NCBI GenBank assembly: GCA_040771865.1
Contig: JAXGZF010000008.1
Location: 84,722 to 148,721, forward strand
DNA length: 64,000 nt
Reading direction: 5' to 3'
Origin: Desulfobacterales bacterium
Lineage (GTDB): Bacteria > Desulfobacterota > Desulfobacteria > Desulfobacterales > UBA2245
The position numbers were made by a program, and so were the translations under genes. The notes under the pieces are model-generated. The model made no database searches and was not told where the DNA came from. It saw only the letters and a program-made list of their open reading frames with translations. Below are positions 20,141 through 29,901 of this stretch, piece after piece. Positions within the stretch are counted from its first letter, which is position 1, and every line of letters starts with the position of its first letter.

Positions 20141-20740
20141 TTAATCCTTGCTGCCTGGGTGAGGTTTTATGTTATAGGTATTCATTGCCGTCTTTACTCC
20201 ATCGCAAAGCATTGATTTAACGGCATTGCATGCCTGGACGACAACCTGTTCGACGACGGATTTTTCGAATGCGGAAAAGGCGCTCGTCACATACTCCGTG
20301 ACACTGATGCCGTCTTCGGGCCTTCCGACGCCGACACGAAGGCGGGCAAAGCAGTCATTTCCAAGCGCTTCCAGAAGGGATCGAATGCCTTTATGCCCGC
20401 CGGGCCCCCCGTGATCTTTGATCTTCAGTCGGCCCAGTTCGAGATCGATATCATCGTGAACAACCAGCAATCGCCGGACCGGTATGCCGAAACGATTCAG
20501 CAGGGCGGCAACCGGCGAACCGCTTCGGTTCATGTATTCCATGGGTTTTGCAAGAATTATCGGAACGGATGCAACTGCGCCCTGTCCGTAGATCGCCCCG
20601 AAATTCGAAAAGCAAAAAGGTATGGAAAAACTGCCGGCAATCCTATCCGCCACAAGAAATCCGGCATTGTGACGGGTAAATCGATATCGTTCCCCCGGAT
20701 TTCCCAATCCAACCACCAAATAGAGATTCGGTTCCAGCAT
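20141..20740 (-). CDS. pth: Peptidyl-tRNA hydrolase
   Basis: VGLGNPG, TRHNAGF, YMNRSG, HDDID, RLRVGVG. Confidence 0.95.
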   Translation of the reverse strand: MLEPNLYLVVGLGNPGERYRFTRHNAGFLVADRIAGSFSIPFCFSNFGAIYGQGAVASVPIILAKPMEYMNRSGSPVAALLNRFGIPVRRLLVVHDDIDLELGRLKIKDHGGPGGHKGIRSLLEALGNDCFARLRVGVGRPEDGISVTEYVTSAFSAFEKSVVEQVVVQACNAVKSMLCDGVKTAMNTYNIKPHPGSKD

Positions 20741-20823
20741 AAATTGCTTGTTTCAGCGCCCGGCCCGATTCGGCATGATGTTTCAGAAAATTTTCACAGA
20801 ACAAAATTGAACCGATGACAGGA

Positions 20824-21432
20824 TCAGGATTCAGCAGATTCTTCCGCTGGTTTTTCACCGGCTACTTCAGGGCCGGCGCTTTTCTTGCCAAGAACCGTTG
20901 CTACCGTGAAGTTTGCGTCATCCGGTAATTCGGCTCCCGCGGGCATTTGAATGTCTTTGGCATGCACGGCGTCTCCGATGTCCAGAGAGGTCACGTCGAT
21001 TTCGATTACTTCCGGGATTTCCGACGGCAGGCAAAGCACTTCTATCTGACGTCGGATCTGCTGAAGCATTCCTCCAAGTTCAACGCCCTTGGCCTTACCT
21101 TTCAAAACGACCGCGACTTTTGCGCGAACCTTTCGATTCATGTCAACTTCATAAAAGTCGACATGCTGAAACCGGCCTGTGACCGGATGGATCTGCATAG
21201 ACTTGATCATGGCCATGCGCTTTTTATCATCGGTTGACAGAGCGATTAGAGAATGACCCTGATTCGTATTTTTCAGACAGGTTTCCAGATCCTTGGCCGA
21301 AATCGAAAGTAAAATCGAATCGGTATGGGCGCCGTACAAGACGGCGGGAACCATGCCATTGCTTCGCAACCTCCTCGATGGGCCTTTGCCCCCTGAGGAT
21401 CGTAAGGTTGATTTGAGTTCAAACTGTTCCAA
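20824..21432 (-). CDS. rplY: 50S ribosomal protein L25/Ctc
   Basis: RRLR, VPAVLYG, QIHPV, HVDF, GVELGG; synteny with prs and pth. Confidence 0.95.
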   Translation of the reverse strand: MEQFELKSTLRSSGGKGPSRRLRSNGMVPAVLYGAHTDSILLSISAKDLETCLKNTNQGHSLIALSTDDKKRMAMIKSMQIHPVTGRFQHVDFYEVDMNRKVRAKVAVVLKGKAKGVELGGMLQQIRRQIEVLCLPSEIPEVIEIDVTSLDIGDAVHAKDIQMPAGAELPDDANFTVATVLGKKSAGPEVAGEKPAEESAES

Positions 21433-21457
21433 GAATACCTCCTAATAAAGCTGAAAT

Positions 21458-22399
21458 TTAAACAAACAAAGTGGACAGAGAAAGTCCTTTATGACTGCGA
21501 ATGATCGCCTCGCCGACCAGTTCGGCGATTGACAGTACCTTGATTTTGTTGCAGGCGGCGGCGTTTGCTTTTAACGGAATGGTGTCCGTGACGGTAAGGG
21601 TCTTGATGGGAGATGCGTTAATCCGATCCACCGCCGGGCCGGAGAGCACCGGATGGGCGCAGCAGGCATGCACCTCTTTTGCACCGCTGGCCATAATGGC
21701 CGTTGCCGCTTCGGCCAGGGTTCCGGCGGTATCGGTCATATCGTCGAAAATAATGGCGATCTTGTCGGTAACGTCTCCGATCACGGCCATGGCTTTGGCC
21801 TTGTTCGGGGCTTCCCGGCGTTTATCGATAATGGCCAGTCCTGCATTCAGGCGCTTGGCAAAAGCTCTGGCGCGTTCCACGCCGCCGGCATCCGGGGATA
21901 TGATCATGATCTCGCTGTGTTTGAAATGGCTTTTGATGTGCTGGAGCAGCACCGGAGCCGCATAGATGTTGTCGACGGGGATGTTGAAAAAACCCTGAAT
22001 CTGACCGGCATGCAGGTCCATGGTGATGATCCGGTTGGCGCCGGCCGTTGTCAACAAATCGGCGACGAGTTTGGCGCTGATGGGAACCCGCGGCGCAACC
22101 TTTTTGTCCTGGCGGGCATATCCATAGTATGGAATGCAGGCGGTGATACGGGCGGCCGAAGATCGTTTGACCGCGTCGATCATCAGAAGCAGCTCGACCA
22201 GATTGTCGTTGACCGGTGAGCACAGGGACTGAATGATAAAGATATCTTTAGATCGGACATTGTCATGGATTTCGATCTGAATCTCGCCGTCGCTGAAGGT
22301 GTTTACCTTGGCGCTGCCCAGTGCAATGTTCAGGTAGGTGCAGATTTTTTTTGCAAGAATCGGATTGGAGTTGCCCGTAAAAACACATAACTCATTCAT
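21458..22399 (-). CDS. prs: Ribose-phosphate pyrophosphokinase
   Basis: [29 protein letters not shown]. Confidence 0.97.
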   Translation of the reverse strand: MNELCVFTGNSNPILAKKICTYLNIALGSAKVNTFSDGEIQIEIHDNVRSKDIFIIQSLCSPVNDNLVELLLMIDAVKRSSAARITACIPYYGYARQDKKVAPRVPISAKLVADLLTTAGANRIITMDLHAGQIQGFFNIPVDNIYAAPVLLQHIKSHFKHSEIMIISPDAGGVERARAFAKRLNAGLAIIDKRREAPNKAKAMAVIGDVTDKIAIIFDDMTDTAGTLAEAATAIMASGAKEVHACCAHPVLSGPAVDRINASPIKTLTVTDTIPLKANAAACNKIKVLSIAELVGEAIIRSHKGLSLSTLFV

Positions 22400-22452
22400 A
22401 TTTATACCTATTTAATGCCTCTGTCATCGCGCTTTTTGACTGTGAATAAAAG

Positions 22453-22527
22453 TGGCTGGGGCGGGAGGATTCGAACCTCCGAATGCAGGAACCAAAATCC
22501 TGTGTCTTACCGCTTGACGACGCCCCA
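22453..22527 (-). tRNA. tRNA-Gln(UUG)
   Basis: TGGGGCG...CAGGA-TT-TTG-GT-TCCTG...GGTTCGAATCC...CGCCCCA-GCCA, 75 nt with encoded CCA. Confidence 0.96.
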
Positions 22528-22577
22528 GCAGGGTTAAATAAACAACTCAACCTCCACAACGAGGTCGCGCCTGCTTC

Positions 22578-23435
22578 TCAGACGATCAGTTTGGCAATAA
22601 AAAAACGCCACCTTTTGTTGCCGGAAAGATGATCATGGGCGCGTTGAAGCTCCTTTTCGCCGGAAAACAGACCGAAAACCGCTGAACCGCTTCCCGACAT
22701 TAACGCCCCTTTTGCCCCATGGTTCAGCAATGCTTGTTTGGCGGCTCCGATATCGGAATGCCAGCGCTCCGTTACCGTTTCCAGATCATTTTTCAGGTGG
22801 CGGGCAACATCGAATTTGTCTTTGTTGGCCGCGGAATCTTTAAGTTTTTTTTCCGATTTTGTCAATCCCAAATTCAGATTATTGTACACCGCGGCAGTTG
22901 AGACAGGTATCCGTGGATCGATCAGAAGAACGTGGTACGGAAACAGCCCGGAAAAAGGGCTGAGCTTTTCACCGATCCCGGTGGCCAAAGCGGGTTTTCG
23001 GAAAATGAAAAAGGGAATATCCGCGCCGATGCGACTGCCCATCATCATGAGTTGATTTTCCGAAAACGGATATTTGAAATGACGGTTGAGGGCCGATAAT
23101 ACCGAGGCGGCGTTGGAACTGCCTCCTCCGAGGCCGGCTCCCACGGGAATCTTTTTATCAATTGAGATCATAACCCCTGCGGATGTGTTGAACTCATCCA
23201 TGAAAAGTCTGGCGGCCTTATATGCAAGGTTGGTTTCATCCTCCGGAACCCCGGTAAAGGGGCAATTCACGGCAATGCGCTGGCCGGTAAACCGCAGGGT
23301 AATCTGGTCGTAAAGGCTGATGCAGCACATCAGCGTTTCCAGTTCGTGATATCCGTCCGGCCTTTTACTGATGACGTGCAGAAATAAATTGATCTTTGCC
23401 GGTGAGAGAATGCGGATGGTCTGACCTGAACCCAT
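22578..23435 (-). CDS. ispE: 4-diphosphocytidyl-2-C-methyl-D-erythritol kinase
   Basis: PAKINLFL, DGYHEL, IPVGAGLGGGSSNAA, MSGSGS. Confidence 0.96.
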   Translation of the reverse strand: MGSGQTIRILSPAKINLFLHVISKRPDGYHELETLMCCISLYDQITLRFTGQRIAVNCPFTGVPEDETNLAYKAARLFMDEFNTSAGVMISIDKKIPVGAGLGGGSSNAASVLSALNRHFKYPFSENQLMMMGSRIGADIPFFIFRKPALATGIGEKLSPFSGLFPYHVLLIDPRIPVSTAAVYNNLNLGLTKSEKKLKDSAANKDKFDVARHLKNDLETVTERWHSDIGAAKQALLNHGAKGALMSGSGSAVFGLFSGEKELQRAHDHLSGNKRWRFFIAKLIV

Positions 23436-23573
23436 GATGCATTTTTTCCATATCTTAAATGACTTGGCCGAATTGCCGGGACGCCCGCCGGTTCATTCAG
23501 GGTCTCGGCTTTGCAACAGGGTTCTGGTGCGACCCAGACCGCATTCGACCGCTACCGGCCGTCGGTTTTCCAA

Positions 23574-23712
23574 CAGGATATTGAAAAACAGGAATCGGGT
23601 CGTCGATCAAGGCGTGCGGCGGTGCGACAAGCGCAGCTTATTCACGAATATGTGAGCATTGGCAAGAGCCGCGCAACGCTTCATGGCGGCCTTAGCGCGG
23701 TAATTAAGCATG
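23574..23712. mobile_element. MITE family A copy with eroded right end
   Basis: Aligns in reverse orientation over about 120 bp with 29634-29775 (e.g. TGCGACAAGCGCAGC, ATATGTGAGCATTGG). Confidence 0.75.
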
Positions 23713-24078
23713 TTAAGCCACCCTGACATACATCAGTCTTAATTCGTGGAGAATATTTTCCAGCAGCTTTGCCTCATCATCTGTAAGATTGCCCCGGGTC
23801 TTTTTCTCAAGCATTCCGATAAGATCGATGGTCTGCTTGGCCAGAGGCAGATCCCTGGCCGGTTTTCCGGTGGCCGGGTCCTCCAGGACACCCAGGTGAA
23901 CCAGTGCCGAAGAGTTCAGGGAAAACACAAAAGTCGAAAAATTGATTTCCGGCAGACTCCCGGTCCTGGGCGTTTCGTTCTTCGGAGGTGTCTTCTGAGT
24001 GTTTTGATTCGATGCCGAAGATTCTGATTTTTCGTTGCCTGTTTCTTCCGGAACACTTTCAGTTTCCTGTTTGCTCAT
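23713..24078 (-). CDS. DUF1844 family protein
   Basis: LPEINFSTFVFSL, AKQTIDLIGML, KTRGNLT..E..LL...L.ELRL.YV. Confidence 0.8.
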   Translation of the reverse strand: MSKQETESVPEETGNEKSESSASNQNTQKTPPKNETPRTGSLPEINFSTFVFSLNSSALVHLGVLEDPATGKPARDLPLAKQTIDLIGMLEKKTRGNLTDDEAKLLENILHELRLMYVRVA

Positions 24079-24172
24079 AAGGCGCTCCTAAATTTCAAAA
24101 TCCATCCAAACAGGCCGAGGTTTTGACGCATGCAAATTCGGCGGAAAATCCTTTTAATTTATGTATATTAAG

Positions 24173-24210
24173 CACGGGACCGGCTTCGGTCAACTCGATC
24201 CGGTCCCGTG
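24173..24210 (-). terminator. Hairpin after serA
   Basis: CACGGGACCGG...CCGGTCCCGTG 11-bp stem. Confidence 0.55.
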
Positions 24211-24242
24211 AAATATCTATTTCCCGCCGTTGAGGCTCGGGC

Positions 24243-25823
24243 TCAGAGTTCCAGAGGAATCACGCTCTTGATCATCGGAAGGTGACGCAATTCCTCAAGG
24301 ACATTTTCAGGAATCGGCGTATCGGTGCGAAGGAAAACGATGTTGTGATTGCCTTCTTCTTCCTGGCCGACCTGCATGCGGGAGATATTAATGTTGTGCT
24401 TGCCCAGGGTGGTGCCGATGCTTCCGATGGCGCCAGGTTTATCCAGATTGTTGATCAGAGCCAGATGTCCCCTTGGACTCATCTCGACCCTGAATCTGTT
24501 GATTCGGACTACCCTGGGGTCTTTCTTACCGAATATGGTCCCCGAAACCGTACTGGTCATCTTGTTCGTAATGGCCTGGATGGTCACGAGATTGGCAAAG
24601 TCCTCGGATTCGGCGATGTTGGTTTCGGTGACCTTGATGCCTCTTTCTTTGGCGATGATGTGGGCGTTGACAAAATTGACGTCATCCTGAAGGATCGGCG
24701 CCAGGATGCCTTTGATGGCGGCGGTTGTTACCGGCGCCATGTCCATGCCCTGAAAATCTCCGGCGTATTCCACGATCACCTCTTTCAGGGGACCCTTGAT
24801 GAGCTGGGCCTGGAGCCGTCCCATGCTTTCCGCCAGGGACAGATAGGGAGACATCTTTTTGAGCAACTCGCCGGTTACCGAGGGAACGTTGACGGCATTT
24901 CGAATGGTTCCGTTCTGCAGGTAGTCGATAATCTGATCCGCCACGGCCACGGCGACATTGGTTTGCGCCTCTTCGGTGGATGCGCCCAGGTGAGGGGTGC
25001 AGATCAGGTTGCTGAACTCAAGAAGCGGTGATGAACCCGGAGGCTCATTTTCAAATACATCCAGAGCTGCGCCTCCAACCTTGCCGGATTTGAGCGCATC
25101 GTAAAGATCCTGTTCGTTGACGATGCCACCGCGCGCGCAGTTGATGATCATCACGCCGGGCTTCATTTTTTCAAAGGCCGCCTTGTTGATCAGGCCGATG
25201 GTGTTTTTCAGCTTCGGTACGTGAACGGTGATATAATCCGAGCGCTGGAGCAGTTCGTCGAAGGTTGCGTTTTCAAAACCAGCCTTTTCGATGAGTGCGG
25301 GTGTGACATAGGGGTCATAGACGATCACATTCATTTTCAGGCCCCTGGCGCGGTCGGCAACGACGGCGCCGACTTTCCCGAAACCGATCACGCCCAGTGT
25401 TTTATTGAAAACTTCCCGGCCCTGAAGGTTTTTTTTATCCCATTTTCCGGCCTTGAGAGATGCGGTGCCGGAGGGAATGTTGCGGGTCAGCGCCATGAGC
25501 ATGGCAATGGCGTGTTCGCCGGTCGTAACCACATTTCCTCCGGGCGTGTTCATGACAATCACGCCGCGTTTCGTAGCGGCGGGAATGTCCACGTTGTCCA
25601 GCCCGATGCCGGCGCGACCGACCACTTTCAGATTCTTGGCGGCATCCAAAATTTCTTCCGTTACCTTGGTGGCGCTTCGAATGACCAGCGCATCGTAGTC
25701 GCCGATCACCGATTTAAGTTCTTCGGGGTTCATGCCGGTTTTGACGTCCACCGAAATCCCTTCGGCTTCCTTGAACATCCTGACCCCGATATCCCCGAGT
25801 TTGTCGCTGATTAAAACTTTCAT
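24243..25823 (-). CDS. serA: D-3-phosphoglycerate dehydrogenase (long type with ACT domain)
   Basis: RAGIGLDNVD, GFGKVG, INCARGG, TPHLGAST, C-terminal ACT; start 25823 after GGGGG SD. Confidence 0.96.
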   Translation of the reverse strand: MKVLISDKLGDIGVRMFKEAEGISVDVKTGMNPEELKSVIGDYDALVIRSATKVTEEILDAAKNLKVVGRAGIGLDNVDIPAATKRGVIVMNTPGGNVVTTGEHAIAMLMALTRNIPSGTASLKAGKWDKKNLQGREVFNKTLGVIGFGKVGAVVADRARGLKMNVIVYDPYVTPALIEKAGFENATFDELLQRSDYITVHVPKLKNTIGLINKAAFEKMKPGVMIINCARGGIVNEQDLYDALKSGKVGGAALDVFENEPPGSSPLLEFSNLICTPHLGASTEEAQTNVAVAVADQIIDYLQNGTIRNAVNVPSVTGELLKKMSPYLSLAESMGRLQAQLIKGPLKEVIVEYAGDFQGMDMAPVTTAAIKGILAPILQDDVNFVNAHIIAKERGIKVTETNIAESEDFANLVTIQAITNKMTSTVSGTIFGKKDPRVVRINRFRVEMSPRGHLALINNLDKPGAIGSIGTTLGKHNINISRMQVGQEEEGNHNIVFLRTDTPIPENVLEELRHLPMIKSVIPLEL

Positions 25824-26174
25824 GACATCCCCCTGAAACGATTGCGAGATTTTTCGAACACGCATGCGCGTTCGAGTTTAATGCATTAATTTTTATCACG
25901 CCGCAGCGCCCGTTCGATGGAAGACCAGTCGCTGGTCAAAGTTGCGGCTTTCAACAAAATATGCAAATAGTTTAACAATCGACCTTCCTGACGGCGTGCC
26001 GTCAAGAAAGTCGATATTATTCCGCTCTGAAGGTTTGTCAAGGATAAATTGCATAAATTTTAAGCGCTTATCGGTTAATTTATGAACAATGCCGACGATG
26101 CGAAAGACGATTTTTCCAATACCCCCTTAAAATGACAGGATATTTGAGTTGATCATATCCGTAAGGGTGCTTGC

Positions 26175-26924
26175 ATGAACCATTCGGGTTTCGCCGGCGG
26201 TTGCGGGATCAGTTTTTCGAACCTGGTTCCGGGGATTCTGATCTGTCGCTACAAACGGTTTCTGGCCGATGTCCGGCTGCAATCCGGCAATGTCGTCACG
26301 GCGCATTGTCCCAACCCCGGTCGCATGACGACCTGCTGTGATCCGGGCAGGCGGGTCTATTTATCCCGACACAATTCGATCCGTCGCAAGTACTCATACA
26401 CCTGGGAGCTGATTCAAATGCCCGGCTCCATGGTCGGTGTAAATCCCGTGACGGCCAATCGGATCGTGCATCGAAGCCTTTGCGCCGGGCGCATTCCTTT
26501 GCTTGCGGGTTATGATGCGATTCATGCCGAGGTTTCCGCAGGGCATGGGGTCCGGCTTGATTTTCTACTGGAAGGCGCGGAAAAAACCTGCTTTCTGGAG
26601 GTGAAGAGCTGCACTTTGGTCGAAAATCAGGTGGCCCGATTTCCCGATGCCGTCACCGTCCGCGGCGTCAAACATCTCGCCCATATGCAGCGGCTGATGT
26701 CCGGCGGGTTTCGATGCGTTTTGCTTTTCCTCGTTCAACGAACGGATGCCAAAATTTTCAGGCCCGCCGACGATGTGGATCCGGCTTATGGAAGGCAACT
26801 CAGGGCCGCGGTTGCCCTGGGGCTGGAAATCCTCGTGTATGATGTGAGATTGGATTCAAGTGGAATTGCATTGAACCATCCGCTTCCGATAAATTTTCAA
26901 AAGGCCGCCTTTCGATCGATCTAG
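26175..26924 (+). CDS. sfsA: DNA/RNA nuclease SfsA
   Basis: RYKRFLADV, HCPNPGRM, EVKS, FPDAVTVRG.KH. Confidence 0.92.
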   Translation: MNHSGFAGGCGISFSNLVPGILICRYKRFLADVRLQSGNVVTAHCPNPGRMTTCCDPGRRVYLSRHNSIRRKYSYTWELIQMPGSMVGVNPVTANRIVHRSLCAGRIPLLAGYDAIHAEVSAGHGVRLDFLLEGAEKTCFLEVKSCTLVENQVARFPDAVTVRGVKHLAHMQRLMSGGFRCVLLFLVQRTDAKIFRPADDVDPAYGRQLRAAVALGLEILVYDVRLDSSGIALNHPLPINFQKAAFRSI

Positions 26925-27035
26925 TGCAAGGCATCTGTTCAATCTGTTTGAAAACCAATCGGGTTTCTGGTAAATTAAAAACATTCATTCCGGTCGTCGA
27001 CATCTTCGGCATCTATTGAAATCGTCATATTTGTA

Positions 27036-27065
27036 ATTATTGTACATATTATTATTGTACATATT
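27036..27065. repeat. Exact 15-bp tandem duplication
   Basis: ATTATTGTACATATT twice. Confidence 0.85.
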
Positions 27066-27184
27066 ATGGGCAAATTGCGAGATCCCGGTTTTACCCGGTG
27101 TTACGGCTTCGTATTCATTGATAGAGTTTTGCCGAATGTGGGTTTCAATGCCAAAAGGACGCTTTAACAAAGGAGGTGCACGCC

Positions 27185-27748
27185 ATGCCGAAATTATTGT
27201 TTACCCTGATTTTGATGTTCTTCAGTTGTACATTCGCCTTTGCCGCCGATGTAGCGCCGCCCAAAGAAGGAGACACTCTGCCGGAGTTGCTGCTTCCGGG
27301 GACCGAGGATGCCGGCGTACAAAAGTATCTCGGAGTGAGCGGAAGCGAACCTTTTTCGGTTAACGATATACAGGGCGACGTGGCGATCATTCAGATTTTC
27401 AGCATGTACTGCCCCCATTGTCAGGCCGATGCACCCTTTGTAAACGAACTGTACAAGAAGATTCAGAATTCTCCTCAAATCAGGGGAAAAATCAGGCTTC
27501 TGGGGATCGGCGCGGGAAATTCGGAACTTGAGGTGGACATCTTCCGCCAGAAATACAAGGTATCTTTCCCGTTGTTTGAGGACGAAAGATTCGTGATTCA
27601 TAAACAGGTCGGCGAGGTTAGAACTCCGTACTTCATTGCCGCCAAGAAAAATTCAGAGGGCGCCTGGAGCGTATTTTACTCCAAACTGGGCGGCATCGAA
27701 AATGCGGACAAATTTTTGAAAACCATTCGGCAACTTTCCGGACTCTAG
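27185..27748 (+). CDS. Exported thioredoxin-fold protein (TlpA/redoxin family)
   Basis: Signal peptide; FSMYCPHC; TPYF cis-Pro loop; AGGAGG SD. Confidence 0.8.
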   Translation: MPKLLFTLILMFFSCTFAFAADVAPPKEGDTLPELLLPGTEDAGVQKYLGVSGSEPFSVNDIQGDVAIIQIFSMYCPHCQADAPFVNELYKKIQNSPQIRGKIRLLGIGAGNSELEVDIFRQKYKVSFPLFEDERFVIHKQVGEVRTPYFIAAKKNSEGAWSVFYSKLGGIENADKFLKTIRQLSGL

Positions 27749-27763
27749 TGAGGAGGTGTGAAG

Positions 27764-28366
27764 ATGAAAAAAGCCTTTGTCACCGTTATGACGGTTGCTC
27801 TCTTTTTGATTGCGGCGCCCCTGACGTATGGATTGTCGGAGGCCTTTAAAGACAGCGTTTATAATCCGGGACAGCTCAAACCCATAGACAGCCAGCTCAA
27901 GGTCAAGGTCGGCGAACCGGCGCCGGATTTTACACTGCCCTCGCTGTCCGGAGAGAAGATTTCCCTGAGTTCTTTTCGGGACAATAAGAACGTGGTTATC
28001 TCGTTTGTTCCGGCAGCCTGGACCCCGGTGTGCTCCGACCAGTGGCCGGGGTACAACATTGTCAAGGATATATTCGATCAAAACGACGCTGTTCTGCTGG
28101 GCATCACGGTGGACAATATTCCGACGCTGTATTCATGGGTTCGGGAGATGGGACAGCTGTGGTTTCCCGTGCTTTCCGATTTCTGGCCTCACGGCGCGGT
28201 TGCGGATGCCTACGGACTTCTGCGTTCCGACGGGGTGACGGAACGCGCCCTTCTGTTTATCGACAAGAAAGGCATTCTGCGCCATGCCCATGTTTCGGAC
28301 ATCAATGTCAGACCCCCCATGCAGGTGATTGTCACGGAACTTAAAAAAATGAATCAGGCACCCTAA
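27764..28366 (+). CDS. Exported peroxiredoxin-like (AhpC/TSA, AhpE-type) protein
   Basis: Signal peptide; PAAWTPVC (PxxxTxxC), LSDFWPHG, ERA; single Cys. Confidence 0.82.
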   Translation: MKKAFVTVMTVALFLIAAPLTYGLSEAFKDSVYNPGQLKPIDSQLKVKVGEPAPDFTLPSLSGEKISLSSFRDNKNVVISFVPAAWTPVCSDQWPGYNIVKDIFDQNDAVLLGITVDNIPTLYSWVREMGQLWFPVLSDFWPHGAVADAYGLLRSDGVTERALLFIDKKGILRHAHVSDINVRPPMQVIVTELKKMNQAP

Positions 28367-28560
28367 AGACTCTGAGCGAATGAAAGGACTTTTGGAGGAC
28401 GTTGTTTATCAGGATGGACGACGGGCGAGGCGAAGTACTGCCTTCAGGTTTCTCCGGCGGTCGAATGTTTTTGTTCAGCCGAAATTCTGTACGCGTCTCA
28501 TTAACTCAACCAGATCGCCGTGAAGTTTCAGTGGTTTCGACACACAAATAGGAGAAGAAA

Positions 28561-28815
28561 ATGACATCACTGCCTGTAAAAATCTATTCTTTAAGTACCT
28601 GTAGTCACTGCAAAGCAACCAAACAGCTCCTGTCCGACTGCGTTGTCAAATACGATTTTGTCGATGTTGACCTGCTTCAGGGCGAAGAAAGAAAAGCCAT
28701 ACTGGAAGACGTCAAAAAACTGAACCCGAATTGCTCTTTCCCTACGATCATTATCGGAAACAAGGTGATCGTCGGATACAGAGAAAAAGAAATCAGGGAG
28801 GCGCTGGGGCTTTAA
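28561..28815 (+). CDS. Glutaredoxin/NrdH-like protein
   Basis: STCSHC, SFPTI, VIVGY. Confidence 0.88.
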   Translation: MTSLPVKIYSLSTCSHCKATKQLLSDCVVKYDFVDVDLLQGEERKAILEDVKKLNPNCSFPTIIIGNKVIVGYREKEIREALGL

Positions 28816-29150
28816 TGAATGCTGAACAGCTGTATGAGATGCTCAAGAAGGCGCAGGAACCGCGGGGTTACTATTTCAGCAATAATCATTCATTCGTATT
28901 TGATCTTCTTGAAGCCCTGATTTTAAACAGAGAGCGCTACGGCTACATGTGTTGCCCTTGCCGCCTGGCTTCCGGCGACCGGCAAAACGACAGGGACATC
29001 ATCTGCCCCTGCGTTTATCGTGAACCGGATGTCAAGGAATTCGGCAGCTGCTACTGCAACCTGTATGTCTCCAGGGAATGGAATGATGGAAAAATTCCTC
29101 ATTCATACGTTCCCGAACGCCGGCCTCCGGAGAAGACGGCGTGTCTATGA
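28815..29150 (+). CDS. Ferredoxin:thioredoxin reductase catalytic subunit
   Basis: CPC...CPC...CYC; TAATG overlap with the glutaredoxin gene. Confidence 0.88.
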   Translation: MNAEQLYEMLKKAQEPRGYYFSNNHSFVFDLLEALILNRERYGYMCCPCRLASGDRQNDRDIICPCVYREPDVKEFGSCYCNLYVSREWNDGKIPHSYVPERRPPEKTACL

Positions 29151-29206
29151 TCGGCGTCAAAACACTATGTTTTTCAAGTAGATAGAACATTATATATCTT
29201 TCTTTC

Positions 29207-29267
29207 TTGACATTTCGGCGAATCATATTCATATTTTAATTACTTCCACAATGAGGATCGTCTCAAT
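29207..29267 (+). promoter_or_regulatory. Putative sigma70 promoter with downstream dyad
   Basis: TTGACA at 29207, AT-rich -10 region, then AATGAG-GATCGT-CTCAAT at 29250-29267. Confidence 0.4.
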
Positions 29268-29331
29268 ATTTCTGAATCGTTTATTTACCTATTTTCCAGG
29301 TCGATATTAACATGATAAGGAGGTAGTTTCG

Positions 29332-29517
29332 ATGGCTAAAACCGTTCTGAAAAAAGTCTGTACGTGTGAAAAATGCGGCAATGAGGGCGAAATGACCGTG
29401 ACCTGTTCCCTGGAAGAAGTGGAAATTGCGGAAAAGAAGAAAAAGCATGAAAAAGTTCATGGAACGGGCGTATGCACTACCTGCGGCAACGAAGCGGATC
29501 TGTGGATTGATCTTTAA
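29332..29517 (+). CDS. Small metal-binding protein with two CxxC knuckles
   Basis: Strong AAGGAGGT SD; CEKCGNE and CTTCGNE. Confidence 0.8.
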   Translation: MAKTVLKKVCTCEKCGNEGEMTVTCSLEEVEIAEKKKKHEKVHGTGVCTTCGNEADLWIDL

Positions 29518-29577
29518 AAACGTCTGAGCGCATTTACGGCGCATCGGGCGTACTATCAGAGTGAAAGAATGCATCAA

Positions 29578-29628
29578 CCGAATGCCTCTTCGGGATCACG
29601 CAAATCGGTTCCCGAAGAGGTATTCGGC
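29578..29628 (+). terminator. Long hairpin after the small CxxC gene
   Basis: CCGAATGCCTCTTCGGGA...TCCCGAAGAGGTATTCGG 18-bp stem with one G-U pair. Confidence 0.55.
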
Positions 29629-29633
29629 TTTAA

Positions 29634-29775
29634 CAGGTTGTTGAAAAACTGTGCATGAGGCCGCCATTCAGCGTTGCACGGCTCTCTCCAATGCTCACAT
29701 ATGTTGAATATGCTGCGCTTGTCGCATCGCCGCGCGCCTTGCCTGACGGCCTGATTCTTGTTTTTCAACACCCTC
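29634..29775. mobile_element. MITE family A, complete copy (142 bp)
   Basis: Ends CAGGTTGTTGAAAAAC / GTTTTTCAACACCCTC, flanked by TTAA on both sides (29630-33, 29776-79). Confidence 0.8.
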
Positions 29776-29901
29776 TTAAGAACGAGATACTCTTTTTCTG
29801 ATGCCGGCAATCGTTCTCCGCGGCCTGAGAATTCAGGCATTTTGAAAATAATCGCAAATGATACCGGAAGTTTTTGCTTTCACAGATGAAAGGAGTCCGA
29901 C

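Noticed and set aside
25880..25935. GCGACTGG in the serA leader as a ZTP riboswitch
   Set aside because: Remaining conserved elements and the 3' pseudoknot hairpin are not evident
28021..28060. Possible selenocysteine in the peroxiredoxin-like or other redox genes
   Set aside because: Active-site codon is TGC; no in-frame TGA interrupts any of the redox ORFs
29574..29840. Short ORFs containing QGARRCDKRS-like peptides (also 23434-23655)
   Set aside because: Translations of the MITE copies, not genes
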